NCBI GenBank assembly: GCA_000934665.2
Contig: KZ538846.1
Coordinates: forward strand, 1 to 44,707
DNA from: Catajapyx aquilonaris
Taxonomy: Eukaryota
Direction: 5' to 3'
Length of the DNA: 44,707 nucleotides
The translations under genes and the position numbers were made by a program. Numbering within the stretch: position 1 is the stretch's first letter; every line of letters begins with the position of its first letter. The notes beneath the pieces are model-generated. The model was not told where the DNA came from and did no database searches. It saw only the letters and a program-made list of their open reading frames with translations. Of the stretch, positions 21,896-35,243 are shown piece after piece.

Positions 21896-24800
21896 CTGCA
21901 AGCATTAAAAAAACATGTTACACACTGGTAATTACAAAACATTTCGGGGGAAAAAATAAGCATGGTCCAACTGGTAATAATGTCAACATTTAGAGTAGCG
22001 ATTTCAGTAATTATCCCAGGACGAGTACATTTACACTGTATTGAATGGGTTCAATATCCACAGGTACACATAGAGCTGCATTTTTCCATACACGGCTAGT
22101 CTCTGCTCCCGTCAGAACCACCACCTGATATAGTATAATGTCATTCTTCTGACTGCGCAACCGGTTGCATAATGAATGAACCGGAACGCCTCGAGACAAC
22201 CACGTGCATTTACTATTTTCCATAAATACCGCGGGAAAGGCATGTAAACCCGCCGTTTATAGCTCACATGCAGGCGTGTCCATCCGACCTTCAATCTTAT
22301 CACCTGCTACCTAATCACCCATTTCGTCAATCACCCCCCCCCCCTTTTCCAACTCTCCCTAAACAACCCCTTTCCACGTGTTTTTTTGCGTCCTTTTTTC
22401 CCCTCCAGCTGATCTCTAGGTCACTGGCCTTGTCAATATTATTCCCATCCGTCCCAATTCGACCTTGGACGTATAACTGCACTCCTTTTTTTTTTCACTG
22501 TCCTTCCCTGCTTAATTGTTCTTTCCGGATTCACGCGAGTACTTCCAGTTACGTAACACTGCGCGCGCACTCACTCCACCTGTGCTTCGTTACCCTAATA
22601 GCGATTAAGTACTCTTTGTCTTAATTGCCCGTCCCAACCAGAAAATTCTCCGAGTCCACATCGGCATCAATTATCCCCGCCCGTACAACGTACACCGCAC
22701 ACTTTTGTTCCCTGCGGTCATTTGTACTCGTGTAAGTCATGTTTAGCTGGCCAGGGAGAATAATTCTGAGGCTAATTTCATCGCTTGTATGCGGAAGTGT
22801 CGGCTTAATTCCACCTAACGAGTCGTGTCACATGTCCCCCCCNATACCAACTCCCCCCCTCTCTCTACACACATATTCCTCGCTCGACTGAAAATCACTT
22901 GGGGGTTGGTTCAGACATTGCTGATTGCAAGTCTCGTTTTTCATGCCGCAAATCACCAGTATTTTTATATTTTAAAAATTGGATGTGGCCGAATTTCGGA
23001 TTGAACCGCTCTATTCAACCTGTTAGCTACAGTCAACATGCGAAGGTGCGCCAAATTGCATAAGGGTCGGTACAGTGTACCGCTTTTGATGAATAACCGC
23101 GTCCATAAATAAACCATAATAAGATTAAGCTACACGTCCTCATTTGCGTAACACCATTTTTTTTTTTCTCTCTCTCCATCCAAAGTCGTTGCCCCCCTTT
23201 TTCACCCCACCCACCCACCCCAATCCCCGGCCTTGAATTACCCGCATTAACGCTGAAATTTCCCACATTCGCAAATATCCCCTGGAGGGTTACCAACTAC
23301 AAGTTGCGTAATAGCATCGATATTGTGTCACGGAACCTGCCACACCACGTGCTTTTGCCCCCCCTTTTTTTTGCAATATGTAATTTTTGCTCATCCGGCC
23401 GTGTTTTTTTGGGGGTGTGTGTCCGCCCCTGGGTGTAAAAGCAGCATGTTCCCTTTGCAATATATCCCGCGTCCCCTTTTTCCCCAAGCTTGGCTTGGCC
23501 TCGGCCATTTTCTCCCTACGTCCTAGGGATGGATGGGGCTCGGGAGGTTGGCTCCCAGGCCCTCACAGGCTTGGCTCTACACGCTGCCAACCCATGCACA
23601 GGACACGTACACAACTGTACGGCACACGAAATAAATAAAAAAAGCCCGTACTTTTTTTCGGGGGGAGAGAGAGAGAGGTCGGCTCGGTACATACTAGTGA
23701 TCCCCCCACCAGTTTTAGTCGCCGGTTCATTTGGGCAGATGACCCGAGATAATTCCCTCAACTGCATTTGTGCCATAACTCATTCGGGGGACGCCGGGTG
23801 CCAACCTTACCGTGACGCATTGCGGATTACCAATCCTAATTTCCGCCACCGGGGCTGTTCGATAAAATTGGTGTGGTGGGTCCGGGAGAGGGGGGGGGGG
23901 GGGGNGGGGGGGGGGGGCTGGTGCATGTAATTGACCGAAAGAAAAAAATCATTTTATTTTGAACATACCGTGCAGTCTAAACCAACACCTGGTTGCGTAA
24001 CCAACAATGTCCCAAACAATGTCCCAACAATGTCCCAAAAACAAATCCAAAAATCAGTTGGCACCGCTGATTACAGTTCACTATGCAAAATTTTACAAAT
24101 TGCGTGCATATTATCCCGCAACATCAAGCTAATCTTAGCACAGCATATCGACAGAAAAAACTGGGGCGTTAAATTATTTTTTTGCACAACAATGAATATA
24201 GGCGGAAAAAGGGGGGTCGCTGTTTGCCTATTTAGCGCGAAATTCACTAATATTCTGATGTTAATAGTCGGCGAATAATAGTTTTTCATTGTGTTCGGTT
24301 GTTCCTGCTCATTCTTTCCTCGTTCGCCCCGGACACGAGGTGCAGCCTTGCAGACCACTGTTGGCAAGCCCTATGCAACGAGTATGTTTTCGCAACTCAT
24401 TTCGGGGTATTACAACTACTTGGGAGTTTCATGTGTCGGCAATGTCCTGCGTCAAACTCCGGTACAATGCAGTTGGTCAATATTGCCATAAACAACCGAA
24501 CAGTCACATCCGGCTTACAAAGCTGACTTTTATGTGCCATCACAGTTCTCTCCATATTCGAGCGGATTTCTCGGGAAACTCTTAATATGCATTCAACCGT
24601 GATTAGGTCACTTCCGATGCTTCCGTTTAAATGAAAAAAAAAAGAAACAGCCGTTAATTCTTTATAGCTCCAGGGGGGCGGGTCACACACAACACATGGC
24701 CTTTCTCATCTCCCCCCCCCCCCCCCCCCCCCCCCCCCCCNAAATCTCGGTTCCGGACCAGCTCAAGGCTGCGCCGATTCGGGTGACAAAAGGTTCACGG

Positions 24801-25553
24801 GGCGATAAATTTGGGGAATGCCGCCCGCAAGAAAACGGGGGGGTGGGGTGTGTGGAAGGGGGCGCTACGAGGGGGGGTTGACGGGTTGCCTCCAAAAGCA
24901 CGTGCTTTTGTCGACTCCAATCCCACGTGGATTTGCCTGCACCCCAATTAGCACTTAAATTAGTAGCGTACTTTTTTTTAAAACCTGTGTATAACGGAAT
25001 GTTTTCCGTTATGTGCGACACTGCATTGGATTTCGGAAGTGGTCTGGTTACGTCTGTCGTATGTAATTTTGTGGTATGTACAGTTTCTCGGTACACTTTT
25101 TTTCCCCCGGACGTACTCTAACCCACAGCATATTCGTCTCTCAACCGCACAGCGGCGCCACCGCACAGTGACCGCCCCTCTACACATGCACACTCACACA
25201 ACAACAAAAAAAGTTGCCAACACTTTTCGGGATCCCGGGTCTGCTTTCAAACAACAAGAAAAAATTGTGGATCCGCCAATCAGCTGGCAAAACTAACCGG
25301 CTCTTCCCCATGCGACGGTCCATGCACCGCCGGTACAGTTCGCCGGCAAACTCGCAGGGGCCTGGCATTATGGGGGGGTTGGTTTGTATCGACCCAATCC
25401 TCTCTTCCCCCTCACCCCCGACGCTAATGCTTTTTCCACCCAACCCAACCCACCCACCTCCAGGCCACACTGATTGATCACACACCCTGTACACTACACA
25501 CGTGGAAAATTTTCCTGTGGTATCCTGTACGGCCCCTCTCCAGTACAGGACTG

Positions 25554-25663
25554 NNNNNNNNNNNNNNNNNNNNNNNNNNNNNNNNNNNNNNNNNNNNNNN
25601 NNNNNNNNNNNNNNNNNNNNNNNNNNNNNNNNNNNNNNNNNNNNNNNNNNNNNNNNNNNNNNN
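25554..25663. other. assembly gap (N run)
   Basis: N run abutting poly-G. Confidence 0.99.
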
Positions 25664-25953
25664 GGGGGGGGGGGGGAGGGGCAACACACTACCCTCTAAA
25701 AACCGGTTTCCCCTCCCATTCCCCCCCGCCCGCCCACCCCCACCCCGCCCTTTACATTTTATCGACTCCCCCACCCCAATTTTGCGCGGGTTGAAAGAGG
25801 TCAAAAACGACTTCGCCAGTGTCGTACGAATAGCTGACGGTTGTAACTGCGTATATATGGGCTAACTGCTGGTTAAGTGCCACGTCCAGTAACCACAGTT
25901 TAATTTGTAACGGACAGGTTGGAAAACCCGATGACGATGAATCTATGCGTGGA

Positions 25954-26054
25954 ATTTTCGTCCCACTCATAGTTACTGCTAACTTAGCAGTACCAATGCA
26001 CTGCACTGGCACTGCTAAGTTAGCAGTAGGCATAACTAGCAGTGGGACGAAAAT
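25954..26054. repeat. 101-bp fold-back inverted repeat with nested palindromes
   Basis: Outer arms 25954-25967 and 26041-26054 match 14/14; inner arms 25974-26000 and 26002-26028 match 25/27. Confidence 0.9.
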
Positions 26055-29000
26055 GTTTAGTGATTGTCCTAATAACGGCCTATCAAACTCGAATTATCAC
26101 ATAACGTTCAGTGCAATAGTGCAAATGCTGAAGTAAATTTTTGAATCAAAGTACTCATGCTCTCTTATAGAATCCGCAACATTAATTCATTGTTGGGATC
26201 GAGTAGGAGTACTTGTATAACTATTAGTTTTAACTTTAGAAGAAATAAATGCGCTATAGCCCAGGGTCGTTCAATAAATGGCAACAATTAATTAACAAAG
26301 GCGGTTGATGTTACATTTTCATTGATGCCACAGGGTCAAAGGATGTAATGGATGAGACAGGTGTCATACGCACATGTAACATACTGCTAACCTAACCACA
26401 AGGTTAGCTTTACTTTCAAGAATATTGTATTAGATTAGCACTGACGCCAGCACGGTCAACAATGGCGGCTACAACGTGAAAATTAAATGAGAAAAAAAAA
26501 CATTGTCACCTGCCTTGTAAGCAATTATTATCGGCCAGCGTATATTAGTGAAACAATTTGACAATAATTATTCGAGTCGGATTTTTTTACCCGCACTCTT
26601 CCTCGGCGGTGGCACACAACGCGAAGACTTATATTATGTCAACAATATAAATTTTTAAACAATGCTGCATTGTGCATTGTCAATACCACGTCAGAGATAT
26701 ACCGGGCAAAATGGTATACGGGGGGAACCTGGATTGCACGTATTTGCTCCCCATCATCCCCAACAAACGGATGCCCACGCCAAAAATTTCATTCAACGGA
26801 CGTAATTTTTACCATGGTGTTGCACGAAACATTTCAAATATGTAAATTATGGAACTACTGACCTGATGCCTACATGAAAACGACATTTTTCTCTTTAAAA
26901 TTCAGTTGAAACTACTTGCACCAACTCGCATATAACAAGTCCCACACCCGAAGTGGTGCAACAGGCTGAGTAACAATCAAGACCAGTTAATCACTATAGA
27001 ACTTGTCCCAAATCGGCGCTCAATTTTTTTCCCCGCAAGTTGCATGTCCTGATCGCAAGTTTCCCCGCCAGGAAATCCGAAACGGGTTGCATTCTGCTGG
27101 AATATCCTCAGACACGTGACAGTTCGGGGTCCTCACGTGTCTAGACTGTTTACTCTCAGTCCCCCCCAACCCCCTAGCCCCACCCACCTCCCCGCAAATT
27201 GAAGGGGAAAGTGTGTGCAGCGAACTTTACTGGAAGTGGTGGTGGTGGTGGTGGTGGTGGGGCATTCCATTGGCAAATGAAGAGTAATGGATGAAAACAA
27301 GGCCCCGCCCAACGCGAGTTTTTAAAATATGCATATTGCAAACACATTTGACGCTTCATCCCTCCAGGCACCCTTTAAAACAAACATGGGCTCTATTTTT
27401 GTGCATTTCCCAGGTTGTGAATGAAAATGAAGACCTTCCCCTACCACACACACATCCCACCCCCCCATCCCGGATAAATATCTACCTTGCTTCCCTCCCC
27501 CTATCCCACACACTCACACAATCAAATTCCACCATAACACACATGCATGTCGGCAGTCAAGTGCAAAAACCTCCGGCCGATTAATCACTCGTACCAATAT
27601 TCGGGCTTAATCCCCCGGCTTTATCCGTGCGACACACAAAAATATCTGCCATTTGGCTCCCCCCCATGCCTAATCTTCCATCGCTTAAAAAAATACAAAA
27701 ATACTGGCCTTGTTCCCTCGAAAACAGCAACAACAAAGGGTTGAAGGCACGAATTCAATCCCGCGAAACCCGGCATTCCATCAAGAATCGAAAAAACAAC
27801 GGTCCACTCCGGGTGGGGGAAAACATTGCGAATTTTTGCACTTGTATGATCGCTCTTTTATATTTTTTTCCCCCTCATTCTTTTATTGTTGGTAGTTGGC
27901 GGATTTTTTTTTCCGGATATCCCAATTCTAGGGGCGCGTGTGCACAACAAGCATTGCGATGCATACCCTCGAGGGCTTCAGAAACAAAAGGAAATATCAC
28001 AAAGTTTAATTGCTCCCAACCCTTGCACAGAAAAAAAAAACAAAATCATGACAACGAATTTTTCATTGCGGAGTGATGGACGCACCATCCCCCACATTTT
28101 TGCATCAACAACAACTGCATGGCTAATTGCTCGTTGCAAAAATTTTAATTGGTAACATATTTACCTCTCGGAATAGCCGTGATAAAAAAAAAGTCGCCTC
28201 ATGACTCCTTGTCATCCTCAAAATTTACATGAGGGGAAAAAATACAACCTCGGCGGATTTTTTTTTTACTTTGCAAACAAAATGGCAGTATATTCGCAGT
28301 AACAATTTGGGCACCGGCGGTCCAGGAGCAACTAGTCCTCATCCAGGCAGTAAATCGCAGCTGTCGGCTGCATGTAATCCGAAAGGATTACAGATTTGCA
28401 GTTTCACACACTCCAACCGCATGCATTTTACATGAACGCTGCTATAATCTGGCATCCACTAAGGCTGTGTGGGATAACGACATTATTATTTTTCCCCCAT
28501 TCCCGAGGATAATGGTGAGACAGGTTTCCAATATATGGAGGAGACGTTGTCACTGTCGTGCAAAAAGCCTTCACAGGTGCAGACAAGGCACACGGTTATG
28601 TCATAGTTCGCCGATTAACCCCCGCCGGATTATAAATACGTCGCCGAATTAAAAATCCCCCTGCAACAAAAAAAAATCGAGAGGTAACAATGACGGCAAA
28701 ATCTCGCCTATTAAACTGATCGGCTTAATGCACGCTTTCATGGCCTCACTGAATGACAGCAGAGATCAAAACTTTGGGGAAACTGCTGTGTAATTGTGTT
28801 ATAAACATTTCGCATTATAGGACGAGCGCAAGACGGCTGATTAAACTGCAAAATGATTGGGCGCACTTAAACTATTCATCCAATTATTCCCAACCGCCAT
28901 TAAATATTCGTCAGTACTTTTTTTTTGTATTTTATGGTTAGCACATAAAAATGGTAATTGGTCACCCCCCCTCGTACTATACACACGCAAAAAAATAAAT

Positions 29001-32000
29001 CATGCGCGAGCAATGAGCACCACATCCTGCAGGGAACGGGACAGGCAAATCTGACTTTATCTGCAAATTTATTGGACAAGTACTGACCACCCATAATTTT
29101 GCAAATATTGGTATTGTCCAATGATACGTGACGCATGGGGCAAATTCTCTCTGCCCAATCAGAAAACAGGTCTTAGTTGCCTCGCCTTCCCAACACACCA
29201 ACCATTGAACGAGACATTCATATTTATACGAGTGGGAGAGGCAACAGCTTCCATTTCCATGTCTCCAGTCTCCACCAGGGATGCGTATGTCGCTCCTGAC
29301 TTTCAAAGCTGGATACGCGATACGTGCACATACCTCCCCTTCTCATGTGTGTAGTGGACTCCACGCACACACACACACACTGGAATCGGATTAAGTGGAG
29401 TCCCGGCGGCCCAAGGAGGAAGTGGGTCAATGGAAAAGCAGAGCAAAGCTGGGCCAGCCAGCCTGCTACAGCAAATCATGCAAATGGGGGGCGGGAGGAG
29501 GGAGGAGACGGGTTGGGGGGAGGAGTGCAAGTGTAAATAGTGCATTTCCCTGCGGCGGGTCTCATGCCCACTCCCCAGGATTAGGATAATGAGAAGGGAG
29601 GGGGCAAATGGTGGGGATGTGGCGAGAGCACCTTCTCGCAACTCTTATGGGTCTATAAAGGTCACGGCCACTTTGCTCATCCGACACACTGTAAAGCCGC
29701 CTCGAAACGACGAGTTTACACATTTGTTTTCGAGCGAAAGGCCACTGTACTGCAAAATCGGATCGTTCTCGGAGGAAGGGTTACGTGTCCCTAAGGTATG
29801 CTGGAAATGAGGCTCAGACATAATGCTCTTGCACTGTGACGACGTTGAGAGGAGTGGAAAGGGGCACCCTTGTAAAGCCTAAAATTCATTCATAGAGCAC
29901 CGTAGCGGACTCACAGTGGCGTGATCTGCTTTATGATGGATGCAGGTTTGTACACGATGATCTTGACTATTTGGCGCATCTAACATATATAAGAACAAGG
30001 GTCCCCCCACGGGCATCAATTCCCAATCCCAAGGCAACTCATTTAAGGAGCAGTGCGGCTTCCTCTTCTGGGTTGCCAACCCATAGACTAGGAAAGGGTA
30101 GGTCTGAAGTGCATGTCGCTGCCACAAACACCCTCAGGATAGAAGGTGTGCAAATCCACCGCCACCCAATCTCCACCCCTGCCAACAAGCCCTGTGCTCT
30201 CTGTACACACCAGCTTGAATAATAATCACGGATCAATTATTCGGGATGCTTGCTGCAGGCGAGGAAGCCAGCTCAATGAAACTAGTAAATATAACCCCCA
30301 TCGCAACAACAAAAAAAGAGGCAAGGGGGAAAAAAAAGTGCTGCTATCCATTTTGCAGTTGTACCCGCCAACATGAATGGAAAGGCAATCACCCACCAAG
30401 CTACATGCGATCCCCTTCAAAGGGCCCTGATTTTTTCCTCCCCGCCTCCCCCCACCCCTTGACGTAAAGACCAGATGCCTTTAATGGCCTCCCCCCCCCC
30501 TCCCTTCTTCCTTTTGGGGAGTGCGCCAGAGGCCGTGGCGTCCCAACTCGGTCCAAATTAATGAGACTGACATCAGAGGTTTGGCACGAGGCCTGCCGAT
30601 ATGGGTCAATGTCGAGGACTCCCGGTTTGTTGTGGAGTGAAAACGAGGAAGAAGCAAAATGAGAGGGGTGGTGGTGGTGGAGGCAGGGAGAAAAGGAGGG
30701 GGGAAAAGGTTGAGTTCCTCCTTCCCAGACGGCATGGCCACATGCATCGGCCTTGCCAAGTTATCGCTGAGAATGGGAGCCAATGACCACCTGGCAGGGG
30801 ATCAATTAAAGCATGTAAGCCACGCCATAATGAGCCCGTACCTTACACGACTTACAACCCCACTTCAGGATGCTACTTCATACGTTCGGGGAATCAAGGG
30901 GGGGAAGGAGCATAAACACGCCATCATCCTCCACTCCCACTCTCCTGAAAAATATGCATCGCTCGACAGGCACGTACTGCTTAATCTCTTGGGTGCTCAA
31001 AGTGACGACCACGTTCCCGTGTCTAATCGGTAGTCATGCGATTCGATACCCAGCGCCTTATTAGTTCCTGTCCTTCAATTTTTTGCCCGGCTCTAATTGT
31101 CACTCTATTGATGAGTGGGGGAGGATGGAAATTGTACGAATGAGCGATAACAACTGGAACACGGAAAGTGGAAGCACGGACAGAATTTTTTTATTTCGGT
31201 ATAGTTAACCAACTGTACTACTGATTTAATATAAATCGTGCTCGGAATGGTCCAGTGTACAATGTTCTCGCCGGCACATCATCGGATTCAGTGCGCATAT
31301 ACAGCAGATACTGCATATCGCTGACGCAGGAAATAATCACGACCCATACTCACAGATATCATAAAAGTTAAGCCGTTATCAGGTGAATCAAGACAAACAC
31401 AACAACCGTCCCCGTATTGACACTGCAGATATACAAGCTGGTGAAACAAAAGGGGGCTCCACCTCCGTACAGCTACCAATGGTTGTCCTTACATCATTCG
31501 ATAACAGCGTGTGGCGCCAGCAATGGTGGGGGGAAAATACGCTCCCACATGATGCAGCAGACAAAAGCATACATGCAAGTCAACGACATGCTTTTTTTAA
31601 AAAAAAAAAAAAAAACAACATCGCTTCCTGGTGCCGCTGACTCAACACATCGGGGCTCTATTTTTGCCGGCAGAAAACAAGCGCACATATCCTGACTGGG
31701 CCTGGTTGCGAAACAAACATTCAGGCAGCCCCCGTGCATTAATTTCGACTTGGGATTACGCAACTGCCGTGGAATTAACCCCACCTGCAATAATTAATAA
31801 GCAACGACACGGGCCTTTTCCGACCCCGACAACTGCATGAATGAACAACAAGCCCCTCTCTCCTTTTTTTTTAATTCGAAATGATTCGGAGAACTGTGAA
31901 ACGTTGGCAACATCGTATGATTACTGGTGATCCCCTGCCAGTCGTACTGTACGTGTCTGGGGGTGGAACCAGGGGGTAGGTGGGGTGTGCTTCAGAGAGA

Positions 32001-34991
32001 CAAGCATTTTCCAAACCAGCTCCTCGATTACTTCCTCTCTCCCTCCCTCGTGATGTGGCACAGACCCAGACCCTGACCTAGTCCAACAGATGAAGGCCAG
32101 AGAGAGACGACTAAGGGTGGGGGGGATAGGGATGCGAGGGGGGTGTGCACATCCATGAAAAATGCGTCCAGCCAACTTCTTTTTGCCTCCTCCTTTTATA
32201 CACACGCCACTTCAGTCACCTGACCAGGACGGAAGGTGCACTTTTGTCCCATTCCCGCACCTGTCCCCGAGTCAACCCCATTTTTCGGATAGGAGTTGAC
32301 CACCGCGACCCCTTTTTGGCCAATAAAAAAAGGGACATCGGACCTGTTCCCCGTCTATTTCAATTATGCTCGGGACAGGTGTCTTTTAAATTCGTGACAC
32401 TTCCTCAGGTGGATCAGAGGCATGTGCAAAACATGAATTTTGCCACGTTTTAACACACCGTGTATACCTCCATGCAGTTGCGGCTACTCTGATATCCTCA
32501 TATCAGTCAAACACATGGTCCAAAAAATCGCCCCCTCCTATATGCGATTTTCCCGGCTACGTGAAAATGACCCTACCCCGTGTACGGATCGATGTGGACC
32601 AATCCCATGGCTGCATCGCAACGGGGCAAGGCCCATGAGTGTATGATTCAGCCCAGGGGACACCCCCCTCGACTCATCGTCAGAAAGGAAATGAGTAAGG
32701 GCATCAAGGCACGGTTTTTGGGGAGCAAAGTTCGCATCTGCCTTGTCCCCATAGGGCCTGTCATCCATCACCAATCTGGCCGGAGCATTTACGTCACTCA
32801 CAGAGAAATCTAGGCCAAACCCTCTTCCAGCGGTTGACGTGTCATCACGTGCACGTACCGGGTATACATCGGAGCAGAGACATATTGTATATACGTAATG
32901 CTGAATTTCACGAAGCGATGCGATTTCCAAACTTGGCCAAAACCGACCGCAAGCTGTTGGGACAAAGTTCACCCATTGGATATCCGGCTCCAGCAGCATC
33001 CCAAGGAGAAAAAAAACGCGACTGTCCGTTTTCCTGCCCAGATTATTAAAACCGAGCGGGCTTATCGCGGCGCCGGGGATTTCTATGGGGAATTGGGTAA
33101 GCGAGGAGACTTGTCTGTTGCACCCATTCTTAATGCCAGGTGTAATTGGAGAGGATTTTCGCAGCGACACGGAAATTCCATTTGGACCCAACGCCGGGGC
33201 CTAAGACGGGACTAAATGGACACGGGGAAGGACGCCCCAAAAACAACACATAACCCGCAGCTACAGCCGCTAACCTTTTTTTTAAAAAAAAAAATCACAA
33301 TTTCGCAAGTCATCCGGATGCAACGGAATCAAAGAATACCGGTGGAAAAAAAAACCCAGAGTGAATCTGCAACACACATTTTTTCCAGGACTGGCATAGC
33401 GCGCAATAATCTGGAGAAACGGGGTAACCTAACAGTACAGCCCACACTTTCCCCTCCCGAGTCATGGCTTAGAAAGTGGTGAAATCCCATACGCTTACGT
33501 CACGTATGATTCACAATGCAAACTACATGGAAACTCCGGCCGGGTCTGTATATAAAGCCGTGATGGTCCAAAGTGGACCTCTGAGTGCCACCGGTCCCCA
33601 AATTAAGACAACGGGGCCCACTCATTACCGCCATCTAACCCCCCACCCCCCTCCCTTTCCCCACGGTTTCAGTCCAAGATTACATAAACGGAGAGGCCTC
33701 CCCCACTTTAACGATGAGGCCCGGCCACAAATTAGGCACCAAGAGGCGAGCATCCCCCGGAGATAAACAGGCGGCCGGCGGGATCGGTGGCAAAACCAGC
33801 TAAGTGGCTGATATCTGCCCGGGATTACACCCAACCCTCACCTTTTGCAGGGAGAGGCCCACCTCCCACCCCAATTAACCCCCTCCTCGTCATTGCGTGA
33901 CCAGCCCTATGCCAAATTGCCCACTTGAATTAATCGAGACGTCGTTCCCAGGAGGAAGCCTGCCGCCCGATTATGAATGAATGAACGAACCTGCTCCGTT
34001 TACTCTCACTAAACCTCCCCTCCCCCGTCACCTTCTCCCCCTCCCCCCCTTTCCATTCCGCTTATCTCATCCGCAAACAACTCGCATCACACTTTCCTCT
34101 TCCTGCTGCCCTACTATACCAGTCAAATGCTTCCGATATCAAGAAAGCCACGTGCTTTCAATGCTATATACCACAGAGGCAGCGCAGTGTGCACCGCGCA
34201 TCATGTTTCTATAAACGCGCAAAATCTATATAATTTTACTGATCAACCATCTAATCACAGAGCGCAATCAGCTTTGTCAGCGACAATGTTACCAGTCCGA
34301 TAAGAAAAGAAACGGCGAGGAAAAACGAGCCATGCCGCTTCCAACCGACATTTCCCGTAAATCCTATTCAGATCCCCAACTTTACGTCGACGCCGTAAAA
34401 ATGTATATAATCTACTTGCAGTGCCTAAAAAGTTGCACAATGGGAGACAAATCCCCGCCTTTTGTTATCAACCCTGGAGGAGGAGGGAGGAGGAGGAGAC
34501 GGAGCCCCAGAGCTCCAAGTTGGAAAAGTTGGCCGGGAGTTAGAAACGACGACGCCTTTTGAAAGCCGAAACTGGCAATCATGTCCTGAAGACCATTTTC
34601 TGCAGAATAATAGCCGGGCGATAATTCCTAAATTACCCCCCCTCCCCTGTTCATCCACCTTCTCTCTCCCTCCCTGCTTCCAAAACTCTGACTAAGAAAG
34701 AGGGGAGGGTGTCATAACATCTGCTGGAAACATCTTTATAGCTTCCTGGTCCGGAAAAGTTATACAAGTCATCGCTCAGGGATACCCCTTGTTCAGGTAT
34801 TAATTAATATCGGTCTAGTTGTGCACAATACAGTAAATACTGTGAGAGGATCGGGGGGGATGGGAGATGGCACCATTAATTTTATTTCCTGGTGTATATG
34901 GGAAGGGGGGGTGGAACTAAATCCCAACTATCACCCCCCAAACGCCCCCTTACTCCGAGACAGCCATGCCAACTTTTATCTCCGGCGTCGG

Positions 34992-35243
34992 NNNNNNNNN
35001 NNNNNNNNNNNNNNNNNNNNNNNNNNNNNNNNNNNNNNNNNNNNNNNNNNNNNNNNNNNNNNNNNNNNNNNNNNNNNNNNNNNNNNNNNNNNNNNNNNNN
35101 NNNNNNNNNNNNNNNNNNNNNNNNNNNNNNNNNNNNNNNNNNNNNNNNNNNNNNNNNNNNNNNNNNNNNNNNNNNNNNNNNNNNNNNNNNNNNNNNNNNN
35201 NNNNNNNNNNNNNNNNNNNNNNNNNNNNNNNNNNNNNNNNNNN
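34992..35243. other. assembly gap (N run)
   Basis: N run followed by C-rich sequence. Confidence 0.99.

Noticed and set aside
23794..24069. Possible hAT-like ends (gggtgccaac ... gttggcaccgctg)
   Set aside because: Match too short, no 8-bp target duplication, no second copy seen
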